From NCBI RefSeq assembly GCF_009914755.1, contig NC_060925.1: a stretch of DNA of 64,000 nucleotides; one strand, 5' to 3'. Position numbers and translations under genes: made by a program. This document shows positions 32,243 to 49,012 of this stretch, piece after piece. Source of the stretch: the human T2T-CHM13v2.0 reference genome, Homo sapiens. Position 1 is the first letter of the stretch, and every line of letters begins with the position of its first letter. The notes under the pieces are model-generated. The model was given only the letters and a program-made list of their open reading frames with translations. It did not search any database and was not told where the DNA came from.

Positions 32243-32780
32243 CTGGTAGATTGTCTTTTTCCAAAAGTGGACACAGCAATATTGCTGATCCCAAATCTTT
32301 CAGAACCTTGCTACACACCATCATAGGTGGAGGCTGTTTCCCATTTCCTTGAACCTAGGTAGGGCTTTGTGACTGCCTTAATGAACAGAACGCAGCAAAA
32401 ATGATGCTGTGTGACTTCCAAGTCTAGATCATAAAAGGAAATAAATGTTTTGTGCATCTCCTCCCGTATTCCCTGACACCCCTCTCTCATTCTTGAAACC
32501 CACTATCCACGTTTTAAGAAAGTTCAGACCACATGGAGAGTACATGTATAGATATTCTGGCCAACAGACTTAGCTATCATTTCAGTTGTAATCCCAGCAC
32601 CAACTGCTTAAGTGAGCAAGCCTTTGAATGATTTTCATACCTACCCTTTCAGCTGCTCTAGCTGATACATTGAAAATAGACATAAGCTGTCCCTGTGGAG
32701 TCCTTCTCAAGTTGCAGATTAAATATTCTAGATGTTATAGGCCACTAAGTTTGGAGCCATATTTCACATAGCCATACTAG
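32243..32780 (+). mobile_element. MLT1G/H-like LTR
   Basis: gatgctgtgtgacttccaagtctagatcataaaagg ... gccactaagtttgga. Confidence 0.65.
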
Positions 32781-34524
32781 TACAGAAGCAAAGGAGAAGA
32801 AACCATAAATATAAATTATCCATTGAAAAGCCTTAGCACAGAAGAATTGCAGGATGAAAAGAAACTAATAACCAGATGAGCATAGAGTCAAGAATGTTGA
32901 GGAATCTTTAGAATTTTGTTATTAAAATAAGGTCAACATGAACCCTAGAAGATGTAACATGAAAATGCATGTTAGAAAGAGGAAAGAATCATTGGTGTAA
33001 ATTCTATTTCCTGGTGGATGCAAGGGATATCACATAGAGAGCATACGAAATGTGATAGTTTTGAATAGGGAAACTGACATTTGTACATAAATAGATGCTT
33101 ACAGATGTGGACACACGAAGTTAAAGAAGATCATTCTCAATATTCTAAGTTGTCTCTATGAAATCAGAGGCAAATCATCTGCACTGAAAAAGAAGTAGTG
33201 ACGTAGATGGTAGGGGGAAGGGGTATGGTGTGCAGAGTAGTAGATTTTTTTAAATAAGGGAGCATGTAGAAGAAAAACAAAAGAAGGAGATAATCAATAA
33301 TAATTTTAAAAAATTGCTAGGCTCAATTGAAGCTAGAGACCATAGTTTTTAGTGGCAAAATCCTATCAGCTGTATCATTTCATTTTTAATAATGCTTAGT
33401 ACCTCAGATGCCTGATGATATAAGCGTTACATAAATATAGCAGCTCACTGATTTGTCCTTCTTTAAACTTTCTGCAGAGAGGCACTATACTTAGCTAAGA
33501 GTTCTTGGATATGGAGCTGAGTCCAGCAATGTCAAGGAACAACTCACAAGCTGTAGGGTTCAGAGCTACAGGATATAACTGGAGTGTCTGTCTAATTCAG
33601 CAGTTACTCTCCCTTTCCTGACAAATACCTCCTTAACAGCATCCCCCAATACAGGCAGCTTTTTGCCTCCAGGAAATTTATTCTATTACCTACTCCTTAT
33701 TCTAGGTACTTACTACTTACTTCTTTCAGAGCTGATTAGTGCAAAGCGAATACTTGACTCTACTGCACCAATCATATTGTCTCTGAGGGAATTTGGCATT
33801 GGGATAAAAACAGATTCAGTTCATTTCTTCCTTCCCAAAACTTTAATGATTAAATTCAGAGGCTTTAAAATACCTATATGTGAAATATTTAAAGCTACAT
33901 ATATGGTGATAAATAAAACTAAATTACAGAGAGAAACAAAACCAAGAAATTGGTAAAGAATATTGCCTAGGTTTCTAAAGATTTTTCTATTACCATATCT
34001 TGATTTTTTAACTGAGTTTTTGCCTACAGGATATAGATAGACTGATAATATAGATATGGAGATAAGTGTGGATACAGGCATAGATATAGAGATAGATAGT
34101 TGATGTAAGAGATTGTCTTACAAGTATGTAGCCAGAATCAAGAATATAAAAGAAATTATAGAAGAGACTCCAAACTGAAACTCAGGCATTGAGACAGAAA
34201 TCAGAAAGATCCAAAAGAAGAGTAACCAGTGAAAAAAAAAAAAAAAAGTGGGAGATTTCTCTTAGAATCCTTAGAATTCCATGCATAGAAGTTTCATAGC
34301 ATGCCCTCACTGACCTGGAGAGAATTCTCAAGGGGTTGAAGCCAGATGAACAAATAATACAAAACTATATTGTCAAAAAATAAATGAAAACTTTTAGTTC
34401 ACTAAATATACTCATGATTATTTTTGAGAACCAGAGTAAAGAAAAGCATTTGATACCTGTTAACCTATAAACTGTTCATATTGTAGAAAATACACATCTT
34501 TTTATTCCATATATTTAATTAGCA

Positions 34525-34832
34525 GGTCAGGCACTGTGGTTCACACCTGTAATCCCATCATTTTGGGAAGCCGAGGCAGGCAAATCACTTGAGACCAGGA
34601 GCTTGAGACCAGCCTGGCCAACATGGCGAAACCCCATCTCTACTAAAAATACAAAAATTAGCCAGGTGTGATGGAGCACACTTGTAATCCCAGCTCCTTG
34701 GGAAGCTGAGACAAGAGAATTGCTTAAATGGGGGAGGCGGAGTTTGTAGTGAGCCGAGATTGCACCACTGCACTCCAGCCTGGGCGACAGAGCAAGACTC
34801 TCTCTCCCCACCCCCAACCCCCACCCAAAAAA
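34525..34832 (+). mobile_element. AluSx-like with C-rich tail
   Basis: Full dimer; tail ctctctccccacccccaacccccacccaaaaaa. Confidence 0.92.
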
Positions 34833-35675
34833 TTCAATTAACAAACATCATCAAATTCCCCTTATGCCCAATCCTTAACTCTGAGGTTAACCATTATATA
34901 GTGTGACCTCTATCACCATTAACTAGTTTTGTCTATTTTTGAAATGTATGTAAATGAAATCACAGAGTAGATACCCTTGTGTCTGGCTTGTTTTGCTCAA
35001 CATTATGCATATTAGATTCAAACATGTTTTGCATGTAGGAGCAGTTTGTTTATTAACATTACCAAATAATATTACATGATATTAACATAAAAGTCATTTT
35101 CTCATTTGAATTATTTGGACATTTGGATTATTTCAAGCTTGGGGCTATTAAAAGTCATGCTTTTATTGGATATTTTTGTGCATGGCTTAGCTGCAAATAT
35201 GAATACATTTCTGTTAGGAATAGACTTAGGGAAGAAATTTCACGGTTAAGATATGCATATTTTCAGCTATAGTTCATATTATGAAACAGTTTCACAAATG
35301 GTTATACCAATTTACATTTCCACCAGCAGTGTATGTGAGTTCCAGGCATTCCACATCTTCACCAACACTTGGTGTCACGGATCATGTTAGTTTTAGCTGT
35401 TTGGGTGCATGTGTAATCCTTTTCATTTTTCTATTGGATTTATTGTCTTTTTTCTTAAATATTTGTAGAAGTATTTTTAATTTTTGATTTTGTTCTTATT
35501 TTTAATTTTGGCTTCAAATCTTTTTTCATTTATATGCATCACAAACATTTTTTTCCTTCTGTGTGGTTTGCTTCCTCACTCTCTTAAGAGTGTCTTCTGA
35601 AGAAATAAAGGCCTTAATTTTAAGGTCATCTATTTTATCAGTCTTTTCCTTTGTTGTTAGTGTTAAGTAAATTAA

Positions 35676-38354
<2,679 letters not shown>

Positions 38355-38972
38355 TGTTGTTACATTCTTTTTGCATTCTGTTTAAAAAGTCTTTGCTTTA
38401 TCTCAAAGTCATAAAGATATTTTCCCATGCTATCATCTAGAAACTTCACGTTTATTCTTTGCATTCATATAAATAGTGTATTGGGAGTTAATTTTTGTGT
38501 ATGATTTGAGGTAGAGTTCAAGCTGTGCTATTTTTTATGCAAATGACCCAGGACCCTTTAATTTTAAAAAACATTATTTCTCCATTGTACTAGTGTCATC
38601 TTATGAGCATATGTGTCAGTCAGTTTTTTTTTGGACTCTATTTCATTTGTCTGTTAGTCAGTCCTTCCACCAACACAGCACTCTATTTTTGACTGTAGCT
38701 CTTACATTAAATACATTAAACTTTGATTAGTGACAATGTTAAGCATCAAGGTTTGTTATCCTGAGGATAGTCTTGGCTATTGTTTGCTCTTTGCATTTCC
38801 ATATGTATATACTTTAGAATTACTTGTCATTTTCATAAAAAATAAAATCTTACTGCAATTTTGATTGGGATTACAGTAAATATATAGAGTAATTTGGAAA
38901 CAATTGACATTTTTATAATATTGAAATTTCCAATCCATGGACATGATATATTATCTATAGATTCATCCGTAT

Positions 38973-39135
38973 TGTAGGAGAAGCAAAATTTTACCTCTAC
39001 CCTCTCTGGGTTTTTCAGCCGAGCCTAATAAAAAGAAACTGACATAGGACAGATTAACAGGAAGAAGTATACAAATTTACTTAAGTTTTATGTGTCACCA
39101 GATCTTCATAAGGAAATGAAGACCCAAAAATGCAA
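38973..39135 (-). mobile_element. MER34-like LTR fragment
   Basis: tgtaggagaagcaaaa...acagattaacaggaag. Confidence 0.45.
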
Positions 39136-39169
39136 TTTGTATGTATGTATATATATACATATATAGATA

Positions 39170-41230
39170 CATGACTTTTAGTTCATCCTAATGTATTGAC
39201 ATTTTTATGATTGTAAAATGTCCTTTTTTTCTCTCTTGTAACACTGCTTATTTTGAAGTCTATTTTATCTCATATTAATATAATGATTCTAGACTTCTTT
39301 TGCTTGTTGTTTGCATTGTGTATTTGTTCCATCTATTTTCAGCCGCCCTCTGTCTATATTTAAAATGCATCACTTGTGACAACAAATAGTTGGATCTTCC
39401 TTTTTTTTAATCCATTCTAACAATCTTAGAATTTTAGAGTGTTTACTACATTAAAGTTTAAACAATTAATTACATGATCAAATTTAAACATGATGATTGT
39501 TTGTTTACTGATTAACATTAACCTCACTCTGTGCTTTTGGTCTCTGTTTCTCCTGACCTGCCTTTTGCATTGCTTAAATACGTTTTTTAGAATTCTGGTT
39601 TAATTTTTCTATTGGTACTTTAGTTGTGCCTTTTAGTATTGCCATTTTGGTGGTTTTTCAAGGTATTTCAATAAACATTAATAATGTTTTACAGTCTAGT
39701 TAGGGCTAATATTGTAGTATTTCATAAAACAAGTGTAGAAATTCTGTAATCATGTAGATCACCCTTCCTTGTTTATGCTATAATTATCGAATATATTAAC
39801 ATATATTATAAACTACAAAAGAAAATGTCATAATTTTGCTTTAAGTAATACATGTATTTCAAAGGAAATTGAAGAAGACATTTAAATCACCCAGATACTT
39901 AATAAATTTTGATGCCATTTGCCATTTCCTCCTAAAGAGTCAAATTTCCATCTAATCATTTCCTGTCAATCTGAAGTACTTCTTTAGCATTTCTTGTAGC
40001 ATACATCTGCCAGCAATAAATTATCTTAGTTATTTTTTAACAATATCTTCATTTGCCGTCTGTATTAAATAATATTTTCATTGCATGTAGAATTCTAGGT
40101 TGAATTATTTTTCTTTTAGCACTCTGAAAATGTTATTTTGTTATCTTTTTGGTTCTATAGTTTCTAATAAGAAATCAGTAATTTATTTTTCATCAATGAG
40201 CATAGTTACAATAGCTACTAAAAGTCCTTGAAGGCTAATTTCAACATGTGAGTCTTCTTGGTATCCTCCATTTTGTCTTTTCTCTTGAAAATTGATTGCA
40301 TTTTTCTGCTTTGAGTTTTTGTGTTCATTGTTGTTGCTTACACTGTGGACATTGTGAATGCTGTTTGCAAGGCTGAATCCTATTATAATCCTCTGAAGAG
40401 TTTGGATTTGTTTTTACCATACATCCTTTCTCTTGATCCTAATTCTTGATATGTCAAAATATATTTTCCACAGGCTTGGGATAAAGTTATCCCTCTCTAG
40501 AGTTGATTTACCCTCTACTCTGGTGAGTAACAAAGAACAAATCACCTAGATCTAATCATGCCTGAACTGACTTGAAGCTGGCTTGCAGTCTGGCTGAAAC
40601 TCTTTTCTCCATCTTCCTAGAGGAAAGCCCTCCAGAATTATCAATTGACAGCCTGGGTTGTATTTTAGAGCTCTCCTTCTTGGTGGCTCCTAAACTCCAT
40701 TTCTTTTCTCAGCATCAGAAGACTGCTAAAAACTCCTCTTTTTTATAGTCACTTTCTACATAATTCTTAGCTTCTTGCCATTTACAACTGCAATGGTAAA
40801 TGTTTTGGTGGTTAAACATGTGTTCAGTGTCAAGGTGACTTACTTGCACCTTTGTACTCTCCAAGATCTTATTCGTTCAACCCCAGGTTGCTTTGGTAAC
40901 TGCAAACCAAATTTTTATCTTTCCATACTGAAGAGGTTGTCTTGAAACTTGAGTGGCTTCTCTGCCAGCATCTACTCTGGCCAGTTCTTTGGCCTCTTGG
41001 CCTCTTGACCTCTTGACCCATACTGAAAATGGGCAAATGCATTGAGAGGAAAAAAAATGCAGAAAGTTGGAAACACTTCAGTGAATTTTCCTTCTTTGTT
41101 TGATCTGGCCCCTCATATCCTGGTAGCTTAGAAATTCTCTAATATCTTACAGATTTTTGTGGGTTTTTTTTCCTTGACTTTCATAAGTCATAGTAAAAGT
41201 GTTAGTCTGCTACAAACTGTCCCACCATTG
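39170..41230 (-). mobile_element. Ancient L1M/HAL1 5' region
   Basis: Decayed T-rich L1 sequence. Confidence 0.55.
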
Positions 41231-42010
41231 CCAGAAGAGGTCCCTACAATAAATATCTCCAGAAATTTGCCAAATTACTTTATAACAAAATATTTATGAT
41301 TATGTTATATTCCACTGAACTGGTGTTCTATAACTTTCTTAATGTCTTCCTATTTATTGCATTTACAATAATCTTATTTTTAAAATTTTTTGCAGTGGGC
41401 ATAGTAATTTATGTGTTTTTTTTTCCCCTGAGGAATTTATTTTTTTCCAAATGAATTCCCAGGAGCAAGAAATCCTTTAATGTTTAAAAAAATATGAACA
41501 ATGTATTGCTCATTAAAGGCTTTTTTTGGATAACCTTTCAAAAGGATTGTACCAATCTATAACGCCACATAAAATGTATAATTGCTGCATTTTTATTACA
41601 GGCTCTCCAGCAGCGAACAATTTTATATTTAATTTTGGATGATTTAATAATTATAAATAATATATGTCATTTCAATTTAAATTCTCTTTGATCACTTACA
41701 AAGTTAAGAAGTGTGTTATATGGGCAGGCCAGGAGTAATTTCAAAGACTGCATGTCAGTAGAGCTATGGGGGAAGTTTTCATAATTGTAACAGCACATGA
41801 GTTCATTTCGCAGTTGTTTCTGGTGTATTCTTCCTTGTATTCTCAGAATTTTGCACAGGCTATGTTCAATAAACATTTATTAATTACTACCATTCTTCTT
41901 TCATTTTTCTTTTATTTTTCAATGACTTTAGACAGAGTCTTTGAAAAATATTTCTGAGGCTTTAGTTGCACATGATACAAAATTGTGGCTTATCTGTTTA
42001 AAGCACTTAC

Positions 42011-42230
42011 TATATGTCCAATATCCTCCTTTCCTGGATGCCTCTTTCTGATCTATTTTACCATCAGGAGAAATAATAGATTCATAAGTTATGTATCTGT
42101 TATCTAGACTTAGATTGGTAGATTTTTCCTTTTTATCTGTAGCAAACTGGCAAAGAGGACACAATTGTATTTCTGTACTTGAGCAGGCACGTAATAACAA
42201 AGTTTTGAAAAATGAGGACATTATTCAAGG
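42011..42230 (-). pseudogene. Pseudo-exon 8 (220 bp, phase 0 to 1)
   Basis: ctttatcttgcag| P*IMSSFFK...RKGGYWTY |gtaagt; matches ORF track 41928-42221. Confidence 0.7.
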
Positions 42231-42933
42231 CTGCAAGATAAAGCATGACAGACAGAGTTTTTGATTGGGCAAACAGTCAGTTCTGCTCAACCATCATTCT
42301 GTAAATGCCCATCTTTCTGTAAGCAAAAATAATGCAGCTAATTTATCATCAGTAGTGTGGTTTTGAGTTGCTTTTCCAGGAGTAGTAATCAATTTGAAAT
42401 AATTCTATCTTGTATTGTAAAATTTCCTGACAAATTACAATTATGGCAAAGCAGAAAATATTAATTTTTTACATAATAGTCACTTTAAAATACATAATAT
42501 CCTCTATAAATTTTTATAGGCTTTTCACTTAGAAACAAAATACATGCATCTTTATTTTCTCACAAACTATTATATTTGCTGTGTTAAATTCAGATGTATA
42601 GTTTATTCAAGCAATAGCTGCAAATGTCCTAATTTAATTTGTTTGCAGTTCTTTTTTTAAATATGAAGTCATAAACTACTTCACATTAAAGATAGCATCT
42701 CTTGAGTTACACAGGCTAAAATTTGTAAAAAGGAGAAAATGCATTTGCTAAATAAAAATAAATATAAATACATACTTTAGATCTACTCTCACCTAGAAAG
42801 ATAAACAGGTAGAAAAATATTTTCTTTTAAATAGAGACGATAAAGAGAAAAATTTTAAAGCTTGGAATAAAATTTTATTTATTTGGTTTTATTTCCAGGT
42901 TGGAAACAAACTTTAAATTTGTCCATTCCTTAC

Positions 42934-43108
42934 TATCCAGTGAATCAATACCCTTTCAGTTATCTCCCATAAATAGTTTTCTACATTTTGGGATTTCATG
43001 GTTGAAGAAAGACATGCATTTCAGGAAATGTCCACAGAAACAAATGTTGTTTCGATAACTCATCCATTTTGTTAAGTTAATGACAATAGAAACAGCAACC
43101 AATAAAAC
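42934..43108 (-). pseudogene. Pseudo-exon 7 (175 bp, phase 2 to 0), three stops
   Basis: gattttag| FYWLLFLLSLT*QNG*VIETTFVSVDIS*NACLSSTMKSQNVENYLWEITERVLIHWI |gtaagg. Confidence 0.65.
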
Positions 43109-43842
43109 CTAAAATCTACAAATATTATTTTCCAATAAAAAGGGGATTTGAACACCTAAATAGAGGCAAAAAATAGTCTCAGGGTAAAGACAGACTTTTC
43201 ATCAAATCCATTAACCTTTTAGAAAAGTTGTTATTGGTTTTATAGTTTCTTTTTCTCACTTTTACATCTTCATGCGCAATATTTATTTCTAGAACTACAT
43301 GTCAATTACATGGGTATGTTCACTTTGCTTCAATAGAACAAAAATTGTTTAAAAATTGGAAAAATATAAAAAAACTTTCCCCACTGCCTGGAGCCAATAC
43401 TCAGACAAACATACATCTAATCTAAACACTGCCAACCACAGAAAATTTACTGCTTTATAAAATTGGAAAGCTTTAAGTTTTAAAAATATTTTTATTATTT
43501 TAAAACAAAAGTTACTTCCCTATAATTTCCTTTCATGTTCTCTAGGTAAGTCTTTTGGAACTATTTAGAACAAGTCCATTCTCCTTTTCTGTAAGAATTA
43601 AGACAATTAATGAAGTAAAAGGGTTGGGATCGTATTAGTAGTTTCCAAATGTCTTCATGCCACATTTCAGCATTTTCAGGGACTTCTGAAACCCAAAGCT
43701 TTGAACATATTCAATACAACTTTCTAAAATTTAATGGGCTAGTTTATTTCTTGATTTGGTCTGAGTTCAATCCTGATATGTGAGCTTCAGATAATGATGG
43801 CCATCTTTGAAGTAAGCAAGAAGCAATAATCAGAGACCTTAC

Positions 43843-43894
43843 CCACAGAGTGCCAGAAGGCTTTTCTTCTTTGGCAGCACCTGCAACTGCATTC
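43843..43894 (-). pseudogene. Pseudo-exon 6 (52 bp, phase 1 to 2)
   Basis: tttgatccag| MQLQVLPKKKSLLALC |gtaagg. Confidence 0.62.
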
Positions 43895-44054
43895 CTGGAT
43901 CAAACAGTGGAAGGTGCATTCTGTTTTCTAACTGTTGAAAATGCCTTTCCACCACAAGTCTTCACGCGCAGCATGGTTTTCTATCGCATGAGTGCCATTA
44001 TAGCACTGCCCTTATCTAATGAGAAGTGTCCCTGGAGGCAGACATGAATCTCAC

Positions 44055-44156
44055 TTGCTTTTGAGAGATGTATCATTTGTCCATGGTTACAGAAATAGTG
44101 GTGATCTGCTCCTGTGTAATTTAACATCCTCCTCTTGCAACATTCATAAGAATCAT
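44055..44156 (-). pseudogene. Pseudo-exon 5 (102 bp, phase 1 to 1), start of lectin-like repeat 3
   Basis: ttttactcccttag| DSYECCKRRMLNYTGADHHYFCNHGQMIHLSKA |gtgaga; open frame. Confidence 0.68.
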
Positions 44157-44736
44157 CTAAGGGAGTAAAACCTGAGTAAGAGTATCACGGCATTTAACCA
44201 AAGGGATATAATTCTAATATTATTCTCCTCCTATTTTCCACGCTGCTACAACACTTTTCTGTAAATATGTTCTTTGCTTTTATACTGGTATCATATTATT
44301 TTCAGGATAAAACTTAGGGTCTTCTATGTGGCTTAGAAAATCTTTCTGACCTGATCCTGCCTGCCCTATCTGCATCACCTTTTGCTGTAACTACCCTGAC
44401 TCAAAACTCTGACATTGAACCACAAGTTCCTTGAAGCCCCACGCTCATTCTTGCCTCAGTGGCTTTGAGCTGGTTACTTCCTCTTCCTAAAATGCCTTGT
44501 GCCACCAATCTTCTTCTGGCTTATATACCAACAGTTCTCATCTCGTCAGATAAGCATCCCCTAACTCCTGCATGTCTCTATATTACCACAGCATGCCACA
44601 TGCAGCTCCATTCTGTACAAGCCACACTTATATTAGAGCTTTCATTTTGTATTTCTATAGATTGTGAGCATCTTAAAAGTAAAGACTCTAACATATCTAA
44701 CTCTATATCCTCAGCAGTTTTCACAGTGCCTGGTAC

Positions 44737-44849
44737 AAGCTAGTCTCCTTGGATAATTTATTTTTCCTGTTCTCCATTTTGATAACTGATAAATGCTCTT
44801 TCATATTATCTTTTCTACAGCCAGCTGTAAACATATATAGGAAAGCTGG
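44737..44849 (-). pseudogene. Pseudo-exon 4 (3' boundary uncertain)
   Basis: Strong acceptor tttctttccattttcattctatcttctag; YQLSYICLQLAVEKII*KSIYQLSKWRTGK; only a weak donor (gtacca) next to an L2 fragment. Confidence 0.5.
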
Positions 44850-44989
44850 CTAGAAGATAGAATGAAAATGGAAAGAAACATACCCCTCCATACCCCAATG
44901 CATATCAAAAGAGCATATTAACCTCATTGCCAAAGTTGTCCAACTACATGGTGAATACATCATGAACCTTTTGATATATTTTGTCTTAC

Positions 44990-45278
44990 TAGGTGTAATT
45001 GTCATTTCCCTTTTTGGTAGTGCCGTGATATTTGGCAGTTTTGTAACAATACATAGATTCTGCTGTTAGTGACAACCACAGTGTCTGTGTGACCACTGTA
45101 TGTAGAATAGCTGACAACTGTGAAGTTGGGATAACAATGAATTTGTCATGCATTCTTACAGTGACAAGTAGAAAACACTGCTTTATATTTTCAGCTTCCG
45201 GATAAGTACACTTTGTATCTTCTTTCAAATATTTCCCAGTCATCATGGCTGATGGATTGACAACCTCAAAATCATTTT
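44990..45278 (-). pseudogene. Pseudo-exon 3 (289 bp, phase 1 to 2), lectin-like repeat 2
   Basis: Open frame (ORF track 44989-45246) containing CTYPEAENIKQCFLLVTV and TLWLSLT; donor |gtaaga; acceptor degenerate (ttttcctgtgag). Confidence 0.6.
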
Positions 45279-46079
45279 CTCACAGGAAAAATTTAGCAAA
45301 GCATCACAACCTGGTTCAAGATAGAATAAAGTTCGGAAAATAAAAGAACATGGATGAAAGAAAATACAGGGTGTATCAGGACATACACTACTTAGATTAA
45401 AAAGAAAAGTCAGAAGACATTTCTCTGCATAAGATCATTCCACCTTTATACACACACCTGCACACACATGCATTCTTTGTGTGTGCAGTAAAATAATAAA
45501 TGCTGCCAAACAAAAATTCTAAAAACAAAGCACCCTTTTTCTTAGTAATAATCTATCAATAATAATCGGGTAACCAGCCATTTTAATTAAAAAAATCTAA
45601 CCAATTTCTCTTTGGAAACCTCAGCAAGTCTGTTGCTATTGATTTGATCAGTAGAATTGGCATATCTGTGTGGTGGGCTCCACCATTCTCAGCATATTCG
45701 ATCACATGTTGTATTGCAAGTGTCGCATAGGCACAGATGGGGAGTAATTTGAGAGAGCTATTTACTCAACACCAACTCTTCACCAGCTATTGGGTCAGTT
45801 TTATTACATGATTATTTAATCATTATGTGAACTCCATGGGTAGTTGTATCTCCTCTTTATGAAGGAGGAAGCTGGCTCAATTATATAGGCAACCCAGAAT
45901 TCAAATCAATGTAAAAATGACTTCATAGCCCCTACTTATGCTGTGGTGTCACAATATCAATGAGATATCTCATTTGTGGTTCCATCTTCATCTAGTCTAC
46001 ATCAATACTGAGTAAGACAGGAAATAGTTCATGAGGAGCTGCCAAATAGGTGACGTGTATATTTTACCCTATCAAGTTG

Positions 46080-46230
46080 GCCCAGTTCATATGCTTCAGT
46101 ATTATTTGCTCAAATTTCTTAAAACCCATAAATCTAAGTATTACTTCAGGTCTACATAATCAGAAAACTTAATGGGTAGAGCCCAGTATCTGTAGTTTTA
46201 AAAGCTTCATGGATGATTCTAATGTTCGTG
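46080..46230. mobile_element. MER5A-like relic
   Basis: aatcagaaaac...gcccagtatctgtagttttaaaagct...gatgattctaatg. Confidence 0.55.
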
Positions 46231-47231
46231 CTAAACTATTTTCTGAACTTTTCTATTCTTTTAAATCCATAATTACTTATTGAAAACCTACTAAGTCATC
46301 TACCAAAGGCAAATTTTGTTACAAGGACCTGGTAGGTACCCAGAAATACATGTTATTATTTTCCTGACATTTTCCCAGGGCCTGGAAAGTGACTTTGATT
46401 GACCAAAGATTGTCTCAAGGGTGCTTTAAATATAAAAAGAATTCATCAGCCTATACAGATGTCTATCACGTACAGGTAAAACTAGGTACATTGCTTTGCT
46501 TATGCTCATCAGGAAACAATCTAACCTTGGTCTCTATTTTTTATTGGCAAGAGTGATATACAATCCTATGGACACATGTTCTGGCCTTTTCTTGAATCAA
46601 ATCAACAAACAGCATGATTTTGGTAGTTGAAAAAGAATCAATGAAGTTTGAAATATTATGCTAATGGTCCCATTACATTATGAATAATGGCCTTATTTTC
46701 TTCAAACTAGAAAGAAAATAAATTTTCTCTAGATGGGGAAAAATAATTTACTATTTAGGAAAAATCACAAACCACAAATTCCTGGTTTCCAGTCAGGCAT
46801 ATAAAGAGCTTAGAAGTCACCACTCTACCCTAACAAGTGAAAAGCTAAACAAACTGAGAAATCAACAACTCTTCTTACATCTATCAGGGATTTCAGGTCA
46901 CTCAATTCAAACACTGCTACTCCCAAAATTAGAGAGACAGACAGGCAGATACAGAGAATCACACTTCACTGGAGCAGAAACCCACGGTAGGAACCTCCAC
47001 ATGAACTACTGAAGAAGTAGGAAAACTAAACTATAATTGACCACTTGCTGGAGGCTTGATATGGACAAGTATGAGAGTTAAAAATTTCAGGTAGATGTAA
47101 TCATAGGACAGCCTTCATGCTTTAGTGAGTTTTCCCTCCAGGAGACCTACCAGGTCCTCACAATGAATGTCAGGGAAAAAAAAAATCCCCTCCCTGCTTC
47201 TGTCAGGGAGAGGAGAAAAGGAGCCATTTTA

Positions 47232-49012
<1,781 letters not shown>

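Noticed and set aside
43075-43894. KKKSLLALCGFYWLLFLLSLT as the gene's signal anchor and start
   Set aside because: Phase-compatible exons continue upstream, and FYWL fits the CTLD WIGL position better.
42011-43990. Alternative frame broken by only two TGA codons before a TAA (possible selenoprotein)
   Set aside because: No SECIS evidence, no recognisable domain, and it is incompatible with downstream exons.
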